A stretch of 64,000 bases of DNA from Bispira polyomma (taxonomy: Eukaryota), in the NCBI GenBank assembly GCA_965649765.1, contig OZ287761.1, forward strand, positions 4,526,001-4,590,000, written 5' to 3'. Made by a program: the position numbers and the translations under genes. The notes beneath the pieces were generated by a model that was not told the DNA's origin, made no database searches, and was given only the letters and a program-made list of their open reading frames with translations. Positions 34,501-48,800 of this stretch are shown piece by piece. The first letter of the stretch is position 1, and the number at the start of each line of letters is the position of its first letter.

Positions 34501-35599
34501 TGTCCAAGGGTTTGATCCCACCATTAAGTCTATCCAGCAGCATTAGCAAGAGTCGTACCAGGGACCTTCTCACCACCAGAGCAACTAATGAACTCTCCCC
34601 TGAACCGGGAGTCGAAACCGGGGGAACTTCTGACCAACGGACCAAATTCCTAAAACTGCTAGATCCAATGGCGACTATCAGTAAACTTGTAATTTTATAT
34701 ATATATATTTCCATTTATGTACATTGTTATTATATGATATATTATATATTGTGGAATTAGAGAATAAAAATTAAGAAAAACAAGAAAAAACCCTACTACA
34801 TTTATATGTTGTAAACAAGTTTAACCAGTAGGCCCAAATAAAGACCATCAATCAACTTGTACACAAGTTGACCTCTGTCATTGTTTTTATCCCCTTTATT
34901 GATAAGTGGTATATATCTTGTATCAAGTTAAATGAGTTTCCTTTATAATATGGTAAAATTCTGTCTTGTTCTCGTTATAACTTGTGTAACAGGACTGTTG
35001 TCTCATTTAAATGTTTACTTAACCATACACCTTGGCTGAATATCTAGAATAAACATACTGAAATATGATCAATTGCACTTTCCTCATGAATACTTGCATT
35101 GTATTTTATGTTTTGATTGTTGATAACCTTTTGTGGTTAAACGCATTGTAACCTTTAATAACGTGTTACATAGACTTTTTTTGTTTGTATTTATATGTGT
35201 ATATAATGGGTAATAAAAACAATCTGTCGTGCAGGCTAAAAAGCAATCCTAGGCTGGTATTCACAAAAACTCTTCGTCTTAACTTTTGTCTCAACAAATT
35301 TGATTGGCTAAAAATATTGTTTTGAAGAATTTAATTAGCTGAGAATGAGAAAATTCTAAGAATTGTATTTTAAGACTGTTTGTGAACACTATCACAGGAA
35401 ATACTGCCTGGAAATCTAAAAGATCCAATCAAAATGTAAAATAGTTTGGGGAAATATATTAAAATCACATTCATGCAATATGACCCCGAGTTACTTGGTT
35501 TATCAACACAAAATAATTTTTTATTATAATTTCTGTTTTACTAAAGCTTTAAATATTAAACACACATTCATGCAATATGACTCCGAGTTACTTGGTTTA

Positions 35600-38500
35600 T
35601 CAACTCAAAATAGAGAAATACTGTCTTTAATTGGCTGAAATCAAAACATTTTGGGGTAACAATGTTGCAGGAAACACATTCATTGGAAGCTGACGAAATA
35701 AAATGGGTAAAGCAATGGGATGGGGAAATTTACTTTTCACATGGTACTAATCAAAGTAAAGGTGTAGCTATATTGATACCGAAAAATCTGGTAGAAAAGA
35801 TAAAGATTGCTAAAATTGAAAGAAATCAACTAGGTGGGGTAATTATTATAGATTGTGAAATCCAAAGTAACCATTCAACGCTTGTAAATGTGTAACTCAA
35901 AATCTGGTTTGGTGCAATCAAGACTCGACTACTTTTTAACCTCTAGTCAAATAAATTATCAGATCTCGGATTGCTCTATTAAACCGCGTTTTAAATCAGA
36001 TCACAGCCTTGTCAAACTAAAGCTACAGCTTATTCATACTCAGCCAAGAGGTAAAAGTTACTGGAAGTTTAACAATAGTTTATTATGCGATAGCACCTAT
36101 GTAAGCTTAGTAAAACAAGAATTGCAAGATATATCTGGTAATGAATACTTAAAAAATAACTGCGATTTTGCAAAAAAGCCAAATACGCACTGTAACTTTA
36201 TCTTAGTGTAAATCACTTTCTAGAAAAAATAGAGAAAAGGAAAACAAAAATATAGAAATACTAGAAAGGGAAATATTAGAAGATAAAGAAAAACTCCAGG
36301 AATATTATAAAGTAAAAGGCGAATGGGAAGAAATTCAAAATTAAGAAAGCTGAAGGTGTCATGTTAAGGTTAAAGTCACAATGGATAAAAAAAGAGTGAA
36401 AAAAATACCAAATATTTTCTGAATTTAGAAAAAAAAAACTATAACACAAAATATATAAAAAAATTATTAACAAGTAACTGAACTGAGTTAACAAAACCAG
36501 AACAAATTTTAGCAGAAGAAAAATCCTATTATCACGACCTTTACTCAACTCGGGTGAATGATGAACAAGGACTTTTCAGAAAATTTTTAGACAGTACACC
36601 AAGACTAAATGATATTGATAAACAGATTTGTGATGCTCCTTTAAAGCTTGAATAAATTTCAAAGGCTCTAAAGCGATTAAAAAATGATAAAACTCCAAGT
36701 AGTGATGGCTTTACCACAACCTTTTATAAATTTTCTTGGCCTTGTATCAAACTCTTATTATTTGACAGCTTTAAGTATTCTTTTGAACACTAATTCTTAT
36801 CAAATGATCAGGGAAGAGGCATATTTAATCTAATGTCCAAAGCTAATAAAGATCTGCGCTATTTACGAAATTGGAGACAGGTAAGCATTTTGAACACAGA
36901 TTATAAGATATTGACTAAATCACTAGCAAATAGAATGCAACTAGTGTTACCTAGATTAGTTCAAAATGACCAAGTAGGTTATATCAAAGACAGATATATT
37001 GGTGAAAATGTTAGAATTATTGAAGATATTATGTTATATACAAATCTAAGACATATTCCAGGATATATAGCACTTGTTGATTTTGAAAAAGCTTTTGACT
37101 GTGGAATGGTCATTTTTGTTTAAGACACTGAAGGCATTCAATTTTGGACCAAGTTTTCTCCAGAGGATTGAAATATTTTACAAAAAAATTCAATCTTGTG
37201 TCACAAATAATGGGTTTCTTTCAGAATATTTTGAACTGAGCAGAAGCATAAGACAAGGATGTCCTTTGTCTGCACTTCTTTTTATTTTGGTAGCAGAAGT
37301 TACGGCAATCAAGATCAGAAAGAATGAAAACATAAAAGGAATTACTGTTGGAAAAAAAAAGAATACAAAATTTGTCAATTAGCTGATGATACCACCTTAT
37401 TTTTGAGTAATATTGACTCTCTTGTTCAATTGATATTGGTGCTTGTAAAATTTCAAATTGCTCAGATTTAAAATAAATCTAGAGAAATCTGTAAAGTAAT
37501 TCCAATTGGAATATGCAAATTTAAAGATATAAAGTTACCTAAAGCAATAAGTAAAATCCACATCAATAAAAATGCTTTTAAAACATTGGGTATTACGTTT
37601 TCATATAATTTAAATGAATCAACCCATCTGAATTATGAGAATAAATTAAAAACTATGGAATCTATAATAAATATTTTGCATAGCAGAAACCTTTCTTTAA
37701 TCATGAAGTTGTTAATCCTGCCACAAGTGAATTATGTGTTGTTTGCGACTTATTGTCCCCTAAGTATATTACAGAAAATAGACAAATTGTGATTAAACTT
37801 TCTCTAGGGAAATAAACCCCCAAAGATAAGTGTCTTAATAAGAAATTGCTCTGAGGGTGGGCTTAGAATGCCCGATATTTTTACTATACATACAATATCT
37901 AAAATAAAATGAATAAAAAAAAATTGATAACCAAAAACAAAGAAAGAAATTGGCAACCTTTATTTCTGTATCTTTTAAATATAAAAATGATAAGACTGAA
38001 AAAGAAATTGCCTCATGATCTAAGAAATAAATGCCTCACTATCTTTCACAAACAGCTTTTTGACTGTTGGGGAAACATTTCATGGTGTTACACCAGGAAC
38101 AGTTGAGGAAATATACAATGAATTCATCTTTGACAACAAGTTCATTTGTTCAGGAAAAAAACTGTCAGAGGTAAAGGATTTTAAACTACCAAAAGGCAAT
38201 TTTGAAGATTTATTTGTGAAAGATTTGGTATCAAGAGAAGATCTTTTTATAACCCTAGCGGAATTTAATGCCAAGTATAAAGTTGCTCTTGACAGACTGA
38301 GTTATAACAAGGTCATTACATCTATACCTCAAACTTGGAAAAGTAAAATTAAAGGAAAACAAATATCTACAAACTTGGCTATAATCAAGGCCATAGCAAT
38401 CACTGTGAGGGGCAGATTATCAGAATTTTCAAAAGTCAATAATAAAGCACTTTATTGGAATGCCACAGGTACTAAGATACAAGAACCTAAAGCAGTGGAA

Positions 38501-39250
38501 AAATGGATAGAGTCATATCCTTTTCTAGAAAGCGCACCATGGCACAATATTTTTAAAGCGATTCATATAATATCTAATGAACCTTATCTTCACTCTTTTC
38601 AGTATAAAATTGTAAACAGGATTCTCAATTGTATTAACAATTTACATAAGTGGAAAATCAAAGAATCTGCAATTCGTTTATACTGTGATCAAACAGACAC
38701 TTTGGAACATCACTTATTTTTCTGTAGGCATAGTAAAACTTTCTGGACAAGTTTCAAGCATGGCTGTATAATATTTTGGCAATTAATAATGAAGCTGATT
38801 TTACAATATGTAAAGTTTTATTTGGTTTCGAGATAGATAAATATAAAACTATTTCTTCTAATTGTAAAAATCTTTTAATTTTACTGAGTAAATGGTATAT
38901 AAATATAAGGACTGAAAATAAACTTTTAGGTTTTGATGAATATCTAGGGATTATAAAATCCTAACCTATTTAAGTGCAGTTAATGAGATAAAAGCAGATC
39001 AAAGAGTTGATACAGGCATCAAAAATATATTTAATTTGATGTTGAGACATTTGTAGACAGATTCTTGGTTCCAAAAATTGTAGATATATGATAATAGTAG
39101 ATAGGTTTTACCACCCACTTAATGTGCTGTGTATTTGTTGTGTATTTGTGACTGTAGTGTCTTTTGTATTCTTTGTTTTTGTGTATTGTTATGTATCACA
39201 TTATTCTGCTGTTCCTATTGTAAATAACAGAAAATAAAAACATTTAAAAA
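35600..39250 (+). mobile_element. L1/Tx1-clade LINE ORF2 relic (APE endonuclease, RT, zf-RVT), heavily frameshifted; possible upstream ORF1/5' remnant to ~34300
   Basis: LQETHS, SKGVAIL, SRLDYFL, SDH, WKFNNSLL, NWRQVSILNTDYKIL, DFEKAFD, IRQGCPLS, ADDTT and DTLEHHLFFC motifs; A-rich end at ~39240. Confidence 0.9.
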
Positions 39251-40685
39251 CTCAAAATAAATTTTCATTCAATTTTTGTTTCACTGAACCTTAAAATCTG
39301 GCTGTTTTTTATTGTTTCTTTTCACAGGGACCAGATCTTCATGACAAAGATTGAAGAAGAACCTCGTTACACAATTTTAAATAATAGGAACTACAGATGC
39401 AACTGAAAATGTATAAATCAAGAAAAGCATGGTATAATTATAAAACCCAGGATCTATGTCCTCATCAGAAGGCGGATGTTACAAATGAAAAGCCTCTATT
39501 GATTGAATATATATAGAAAAAAATTACAACTGGAACAGAAGTTTTGAGATTTAGGAAGGATTCCACTAAAACACCACAAGGTGTGTGTAAAATAGTGAAA
39601 GAGTTTTAAAATACCCACAAATGCCTCTATTTCTAGGACAGATTTGCTGTATACCTAAGCCTGTCTTTGTATTTATCAAAGGGTCTAAAATCTTAAAAAT
39701 TCCCGCTGAAACTCAACAGATGCCACACATCTGATTTTCCTATAATGGGAATTTAGTTGGGAAGCAGCAATTTAATTTAGGATCACGACCGCAATATTTA
39801 ATGGTGGAAAAAACCAGTGCTGGAGCCACTGTAAATCACCAACCTACGGCAAGTACCCGACAAACTTCCCACATGAAGGAACAAACAGGATTCGAACCCA
39901 CCTTGGTGTGAGATGTTAAAGAGTTAGTATGTACCGGTATATGTAAAAATGTTGACTTGTGGAAAGGAAGCAATAAGTTTCTTGCTGTTACAAGGGTTAA
40001 TATGTAAGTTTGAGTAGTAAGTTATAAGTTTGTTTTATATTCAGCACAAGACTGAATAACATTAGAACCTCTGTTGTTGGAGAGTACAATTTTATTTAGA
40101 TTAAAGAAGGCCCATGCAAATAGAGGGGTCATATTATTGTAAAACAATATAAAAGCAAAAAGTAGTTGTTACTTCATAAAATTTAGTATTAACGGAACTG
40201 ACGTTTGGTTAATTGAAGTTCCACCATTATTGTCTTGTTTGAATGTGGGTGGTGATGCCGATCCATTACATACTAGGTGGACTTCTATCCAAAACTGAGT
40301 AATTGGATTTTATAACTGTATTTACAATGCTTGTATGTTTATAATCACAAAGTAGAACATGCTAATGATGTAATTTATTAATACTACAGACCGTGGTAAT
40401 TACAGCAATTAGTAACTGATAAAACAACTTTGGGATACTCTGCAGTTTCGCATGCATATTAGTTGTCCTGAGGTTTTAATGTTAATTCCCAAAAAGTTAT
40501 GGCTACAATTCATACAGGGCTTATGTGTTATTTATTGACTTTGTTAAGAGCAACCTAATCTTGGGGAAAACAATAGAGATGTGGCAACAAAATAGGGGGG
40601 TTGGTTTGGTAATCTGAGGGCCCCTGGTTCTACCTCTGTTTAAGCTTTAGGGGGGGGGGGGGAATAACATCCTTGACCAAAATGT

Positions 40686-42175
40686 TATTTAAGCGTCCCT
40701 TGAAAAGACGCTTATTTAGTTTCACCCCTGATTTCCTCGCCGCCGCATGGTCTTCCTTGAATATCTTCTTCAATATTATCTGCATCAAAATTATTTTTGG
40801 CAGTTCTGTTAACCAGGAGTGGGAATTTTTTTCAAATTCTTGGCTTTAAACTTTGGCCTACTTAAATGTCAGGTGACCCTGGGGGTGTAAAAGTGCTTGT
40901 CACTAGGTTTTCTCAGAAAGTATTCATCATAGGTCAATGAAATTTGGCATGTACCTTGGAAAGGCAATTTTCTGGACGGGAGATGCTGATGAGATTAATC
41001 GGATGATAATTGACCAATTGCTGACTGATTTTTATTGAAATGCGAAAGATCGGATTTTAATTGACCAATTGCTGACTGATTGATTTTTATTGAAATGCGA
41101 AAAATCAGATTTTTTGGTTTTATGTAAAAATCTCACAGGACTAAGTCCAGTACTCAATGAGTACTGAGAACTTCAAATGAGTAGTTTGCTCTATTTTGCT
41201 CTATCTTGCACTTTTATCAACTTTACTTTTGAAGTACTTGCAAATACCAAAGGATAGATGTCCTTAAATTTTTAGATTAATCTGGTGATAATTGACTGAT
41301 TGACAGGGTTGATCAATCATACAAAATGGGGGAAAAAAGTGTTGATGGGTGCTTTTTTGAGCGACTGAGGATTTTTTTAATTTTTAGACTAGTACATGCA
41401 GCGCGTAACTTTTAAGGAATAGCCTGAATTTTTATTTATTTTTTACCCCATCCAGAAATATGCGATTTAAATTTAAAAAATTTTGAAAATTCAGGTGTTT
41501 TTTTTTAAACGTCTATTTTCTTGAAAACGGTGCCAGATTGAGCGATTTCGAGCTCATTTCATCCCACAGAGTTCATTTGTGCTTCTTTGTAAACTTTAAA
41601 ATTTTTTTTTTATTTTTGGCGGCTATCTTGAATTTCTGCGTCTTTTTTGAAATGTCCGATATCTCGGAAACGGTGCTAGATAGAGCGATTTCGAGCTCAT
41701 TTTTGAAACACAGGGTTGATTTTGGCTTATATGTAAACTTTATTTTTTTTCAGTTTTGGCGGCCATCTTGAATTTCTGTGTGTTTTACGAAAATGTCCAT
41801 TATCTTGAAAACGGTGCTAAATAGAACGATTTCGAGCTCATTTTCAACCCACATGGTTGATTTTGCTTATATGTAAACTTTTAAAAAAAATTTGATTTTG
41901 TCGGCAGTCTTGAATTTCTGCGTCTTTTTCGAAAATGTTTGTTGTCGCAGAAACGGTGCTAGATAGAGCGATTTCGAGCTCATTTTCGACCCACATTATT
42001 TTGCTTGTATGTAAACTTTTGAAGTAATTTTTGATTTTGGCGGCCATCTTGAATTGCTGCATCATTTTCAAAAATGTCCATTATCTTGGAAACGGTGCTA
42101 GATAGAGCGATATCGAGCTTGTACACTAAACTACTTCATTATTATTTCAACTTTAGGGACGCTTCGTTATTGTTA
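40686..42175 (-). mobile_element. HINE/Helentron-like non-autonomous element with ~145-bp core tandem repeats (41500-42120)
   Basis: Terminal hairpin AAGCGTCCCTTGAAAAGACGCTT at 40691, matching AGGGACGCTT at 42155; about five units of gaaacggtgctagatagagcgatttcgagctcatttt. Confidence 0.6.
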
Positions 42176-42515
42176 TCAAAAACTGTTTTCTAGTTGCCTT
42201 TGACACCAATATGGTATGTTGTAAGACTATTCTGTCTGGCAGAACAAGGATCTTAATTGATAGATTGTCTTCAATTTGGTACTATAAAAGTGCTTCAGAT
42301 ATTCATAAATAAATAAAATACATACTGCATACATCAATTGCTTAAAATGTTATACACATGTTTAAAATTAACAGAATGCTATAAACTAAACAAGTATATT
42401 CCAGGTACTAGTAAACTTCGAAGTTACATTTCTTGTCTATTTTCTGATTCTTTTTTTCTCTCTCTCTTTATTTTTTTTTACATTGTCTTGCAAGAAATCC
42501 CTCCCATAAGTTTTA

Positions 42516-42840
42516 TCAGTATCTGGGCAAGCCCCAGTAATTTGTTGTACAGTCATTGCAAGCTTTTTTACTCTTGCAAATGTCTGCAACCTTGTTCTTC
42601 TTGGTTCGCTTCTTTGTAAGTTTTCTGTTGCTACTTTTAGCAACCCGGTTTGGCATAAAAGTTTCGAAACCCATATCTGTATTCATATGTACACTGATGT
42701 CTGAAATACTGTTGGGTTCTTCATCCATATCTATTAGCCCAGTATCCGGAGGATTTTCACTTGTGATTGGTTCAGTGGTGTTGTTACGGCAACAGAAAAT
42801 CCACTGAAATCCTTTTGCTTTATATGGCTTCTTTGTTAAT
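42516..42840 (-). CDS. DEG/ENaC terminal exon (cytoplasmic tail ...NYWGLPRY*)
   Basis: Acceptor at 42841-42842 is in phase with ORF 42516..42728. Confidence 0.75.
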
Positions 42841-45800
42841 CTGTGAAAATATCAGTTTTAGATTGTGTTAAAATCTTAGTTTTATCACAAAAATAGACCT
42901 AATTTTATCACGTGGCCAAAATATTGTACCATAGACATTGCTTATTTATTGCTTTAAAAATAAGAAATGAGAAAAAATTTAAAGGCGGAATTGCTCATTT
43001 GAGTAAGAGTATATACTTTTGGTTTTTCCCCCAAATATTTCCACCCTGAATTAAGTCTACCTCACAATATGGACTAAATGCTTTGTTCAGTAGCTTATCT
43101 ATGTGATGCCAACTGGCCTAGGGGTTATACTGTTGAACCTCAAACTTGGTGTTCGTTCTATTTTCATTGTACAGGACATAGTTGTCCATCTTTACCTGAG
43201 AGTATAAATAGGTGTCCTAGCTTGGGTTGGGGAGCGGAGTTGCAATAAACTGGTATTTTGTTTAGTCCTCTAGAAATACTTTAAGTCACACCATGCCTAG
43301 AAACCCATAAATAAGATCCCGCCATATTGGCCATCAGGTTAAAAATTACCTAAACATGTTGGGGGAGCAATAATTTGCTTGGATAATAGTACAAAACGGT
43401 AGAAAATTTTTATTTTGAAGAGTAAAAGTGTTGATGAAGTCTAATATTTGGATTGTAGAATTTTAAATTAGTTGGGGTTTATGTCGCTTTCAACAGCTTG
43501 GGTCATATTCCGAAACCAGTTCTAAAGCACTGCAAACCACCGAACTATGGCAAGTACCTGACAATCTTGCCCGCATGAAGGAACATGATTCGAACCCACA
43601 TTGGTGAGAGGCCGGTGATTATGAAGCTAATGAAAGGAGGGTTTAGGTTATGATAAAGGTTCCATTATAGCTTGCTTCACCATTTATTTACCCCTGATAT
43701 GAGATTGAAATCCGCACTAGTATCATTCACCTGTAAATGAGGAGTACAAGAAAGTCTGCCCCGAGTTCTATCATCTCAAAGAGACTGAGTAGGCTGCATC
43801 CCAGCCACAGGCCAATGATGCCTCCAATGTCTGTGAAGAGCCGTGATAACTGACAAAACAAAACCAGTAACAAATGCACTGAGTCATTTATCATCTTGTG
43901 ATACTTAGACATGCTATTCTGTCATTTATCCCAAACAAAACTTTGCTCTTTCATAGGGTTTGGATAAAAGAGTTTCTACTGCAGTTGAAGTTTCTTTAGT
44001 TTTGGATTGAAAAAATAGTCCAACATATAAGCCCTTTGTCATGGTATCCATCTGAAATATTTTTTGTACATTTCTATTTCTTTTTGGATTACAGTACATG
44101 TACAAAAAAAAACATGTTATACATTTCATTTACATAATATTATTCTCTTGCATTTACAAGAGTAAAAAGAGTACAAGAGTTTTATTTACCTTTTATTTAT
44201 ATAATATTATTCACTTACAATTACATATATTGGTTGCTGTTTAACATTTTACATTAACATAAAAGTCTAGTCATAAATAGGCAAATCTTATTGAGTCTTT
44301 CATGTACAGTACAATGTACATGTATAACTAGAAACAATGCAATCAGTAGCAAGTTTTCCCGTTCATTGTGTTGCTTGACCTCTAGGTGACCTTTAATGAT
44401 TGTTACTCAATGGAGTCCATGTTACCCCTGGGTGACCTTTAATGAGTGTTACTCATTGTAGTTGATGTTAATCAATGGAACTTTTAAACAAAGAACAAAA
44501 TTTCAATAAAATTAAAGAAAGTAATTTAGAGAAGGTTTAAGAGTCTTTTTGTTTATTACCTTTGACATCTTCTAATGAATCCCCGCATGACAACTTATTT
44601 TAACTTCAATATCAGAGTTCAACAGTGGTGGCTATTTGATTCTATTCCAGCAATTAATAAACAACTCTGTATTATTATTTGCTTCAGTAAATTGCTGGGT
44701 CTGTATCAATAAAAGGTCTTCAACTTAACTTCACAATCATCTTTAAAGGTGTCTTGCTCTATATTATATCTTTGTGTACAAAAAAGATATCTAAAATCTG
44801 ACTACAATATTTGAGTGCCTCATTGCAACCTCTATTGAAATGAATAATCACACGTGAAGGTTATATTCCAATGAATAAGTATTTGAGTTTTAAGACCATT
44901 GATAACTACCTCCCCAGGTTCTTCTGAATGTACATGAATAAAGATAAATACATGTAGTAATTAATGATGAGAAGCTGGGAGTTGATGTATATATTACTGC
45001 ATTTTTTTCAACTAGAACCGAAAGGATTAAGACGTAATCTATAAGCATAATGTATACAATTTAATTACATATGTTGTCATTGATATGTAAAAGTTAAAAT
45101 TCAATGAACAGTATATTATTTGAAGACGTTCTTATTATTCCAAACTGCTAACAACCCTTCCTTTGATCTATACGTTATCCATATTTTCAGCTATGTTAAA
45201 CTATTCAAGCTGAAATTAGTACATGTATTACCAATTTCATTGAGCAATATAATCACAAATACACTTGATTATCAATTTATCGGGGGTATTTGTGGAATTT
45301 ATGGAAATCTTTTGAAAAGGAAAAATGTAAAAATAAATTGTAGTTAAATCCTAAAAATTTAATAATGAGAGTGGTATTTTTAATCCATCTGAAATGTCGA
45401 CTAATGCAGGCTAAGGTACCCAAGCCTGTATCCTTTCTTTGTGGAGCACAAACAGGCAGTTGAGGATTTGTCGTCATACATTTTTGACACCAGACGTTTC
45501 CAGAAACGTTCCCTCTGTTTCTTCTGACTTGGATACTCCATGTACATTTCACCCTGCAGAATTTGTAGGGCAACTGGACTCTCTGGTTTGCAAAAGATGT
45601 CACCGAGTTTGATGACAATCAGATGATGTTGGTTGAGAATGTATTCACGGTACATCTGTGTCAGTTCAAATAGAGGCCAGTCTTTTTGCAGATATTCTTC
45701 ACTAATGACGGCAATGTTTACTCTGCTTTGTGATATCTTGGATAAAATGCAATTTACCAATTCTACACCAATGTCGAAATCCCTGTAGTGAATGCATAAA

Positions 45801-48800
45801 CGGAACCCATATTTTTGTTCAAGGTCTTTCATTAAGACCTCATGAACCCAGAACCTATCCTCGCTACAGTAACTCACAAAGGCATCATATACAAAGTTGC
45901 TTTCCTCGTCTTGTGTGTTGTTGTGCTCCTGATTCTGTTTAAACCTGAGTCGATAACACCAGATCTTGATGGCAAATCTGTACCAACTAAGTATGAATGC
46001 CAAAAGAATGCCGCACTAACGCCCAGTACTGGCCATACAAAGCTGGGGAGTCCTGATTTACATGAGGAGGTACACATATCGCTGCTATTCACATCGACCA
46101 CTCTCACTTTTGTGCCATTGCTTAGTGCGCATGTGTAGTTGGCTTTGTTTGCCATGTTCAGACTGGCGTTGGCCTTTTGAATTGTTCGAACCATGTAGAA
46201 TGACTCTGCAGAACAGTTGCAGATCAGTGGGTTTCCGGTGAGATCCATGAACAGTGTCTCTTGTTCATTCAAAATCATCTCTAGATTCAAATCCATCACG
46301 TGAATCTTGTTGTAACTGAGACTGATTGACTGTAAGTTTGATCCAACATACTTTATTCTGTTGATCTGGGGGTTTCTTGATTTCTGAAGATCATGATTTG
46401 CCATGTACGCGTTGACAGCCTCCAACTGGTTGTGCGAGAGGTCGATAATTCTCGGGGTGTCTGGTGCCACGTCACCTAATCCAGGTTTCAGGCGAGGCAA
46501 GTTGTTCTACCTCAATGTGAGACACTGAAGAGATGTGTTTCTCAGGGGATATAAGTCCACCGTTGGATCAAACTCTGCGTCAAACATCTCATCGTCGGGA
46601 GACTGAAACTTATCCAGACGTAGTACCAGAAGAGGTTTGCCCTTCACTGCAGTCAGAAAACGCGCAAGCCCTCCTTTGCGGTCGAGTGTCCCTACATCTT
46701 GTAGGTCTAGTATTTGGAGCTGCTGGCAGTAATCGACAAAACGTCCAAGGTGATCTGTCCAATCCTCGATGTGAGCATTGATGTGAAGTTGTTTGATGCT
46801 CAGTGGTTCGGCTTTCACAGGCGTGTAGGTAAGCGAGTACTGCAGATGTTCAGGTGACCCTGCTTCCTGCATTAACCACAGAGATTCCAACTGCAGAAAC
46901 TGGATCTCTGTTAGATTCATGCTGTTGTTTTGTGAGCCCCTGCCTTTGATGGTTACCTGCAGTGTCTTTGTTTTCCGTGGCAGTCCTTGGAGAAAAGATG
47001 GGAGCTGATCTGCTTGAACTGAAGCTTGCACAAATTCTGCAGCTTCGTGGTCCACATAGTTTTTGTAGCATAATAACTTTAGTGCATTTAAGTTCATGCC
47101 TGGGATGTTGGTGTGACATTGGCTGTAGGACACGATGGTTAGAAGACAGAACCAATAGAGCAGCATTCTTGTAGAATTATGTATTATTAGATAATAGATC
47201 AACTTTATCACCATTAGTTATGCAGCTTTATTTAAAAGTCTCTAAATTGCTGGTACTCCTGTACAATGAATTCACCTTGTGCTGATGAAGTAATCACCAT
47301 AAGTTAATCGGGCCTTTTTAAATTCCCTGATCTCTGGTACCCATGTACAGTGAATTCATCTTGTATTGAGGAAGTTATCGTAAGCTGTTTAAATTCCCTG
47401 ATTTCTGATAGGATGAATTCACCTTGTATCCTGTATTGAGGGTTTTCCCCAAGACCCTTTAGTATACACACCCATACATGTTTAAAGCATTGCAAAATTT
47501 ACCTTGGTTGTCTTCCTTGTAATGGAGTAAGGATTGCAAAATTTGCTATAAATGTGAAATTTGCAACCGATAAAAAAGAATGTATAGTTTCAACAAAATC
47601 AAATAAAACAAGACAAAACTGAAGTCGAAGAGTAGTTCTAATGGGTTATTGTGTTCAAAGATGGAGATGTTTTACATCTCTATAGTTTTCTCAAAAGAGG
47701 TGGTGAAATTTATGCACGTGGAAAATTTTTGATACATTTTGTTGCCTTGTGGGTTAAGTTTTTTTTGCCAAAACTCCCCTCAAATTAATTTATGTAAAGC
47801 CTCAGTCACACATGGCCGGTATGGTAGGCGGTACTAGAAGGTAGCAGAAGATACTGGAACTTGTCTTTCCCCCTATTTAACCGGCTGTTCTATCTATGCA
47901 AAATATGCCCACTGAAACTTGACCAGGTAAGTTTTACAGACGGGAAAAAGACGATACTACTTCGATAGACTTACAGTAGTGTAACGGAAATAGGTGGAAA
48001 CTGGAGGAAGAGTTACAGTTTTGAAACAGAAATAAACGGAAATGGGCGGAAACACACAATTACAGGGACAGAAGACTTACAGTAGATTTAGTACTACCCG
48101 GAAATGGTCAAAACTACCCTGTCTCGCTTTGGTGAGTCAGAAATTTTGAACATCTTTAAAACCATCACCTACCACGGCCGGTTACAGACGGCAAGGGAAT
48201 TTCACAGCCGGTATGCCTGGATATTGCTACAGTATATATACGGCTACGGCAGGTATCAATATGTATACCGTCCCTAACCGACTTTCCATACCGCCAATAT
48301 CATACTGGGGCGGAAATTTTGAAGATTTGTTTCCATAAGATTTTTTTTTTGTTGAAGAAGGAAACAAAGCACTGCTGATTGTATTTCAATCTTATTTTTA
48401 GATTTTTTAACGTAGATAATATTTTTTTTGTTGAAGAAGAAAGTTAAGCACTGCAGATTGTATTTCAATCTCATTTTTACCCAATCAAGTTTGCATTGTA
48501 CAAACACTAATTAAAAGTAGTTATATATGCACTTGCAATAGACTATGGAACAGACTTGTACAAGTATAGCAAGTTTGATCACTTTTATTGCAGAATCTGT
48601 TGCCGTATTCTCATATTTTTTTGCACAATCTGTCTCCGTATTCTCTAACTGATTTAATCACAAATGAGGATATTTAAGTTCTTACAAATAGAGATAACTT
48701 TAGCTTGTGATCATTTATTTTAATAGAGGTTATAAATTCAATAGATGTTATAAATTTATAAAGTACATCTGTATTTATAAATATATAGCAGAACCTCTAT

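Noticed and set aside
42437-42643. Lys/Arg-rich ORF as the channel C-terminus
   Set aside because: It is out of phase with the TM2 exon; the phase-compatible frame is the one ending at 42516.
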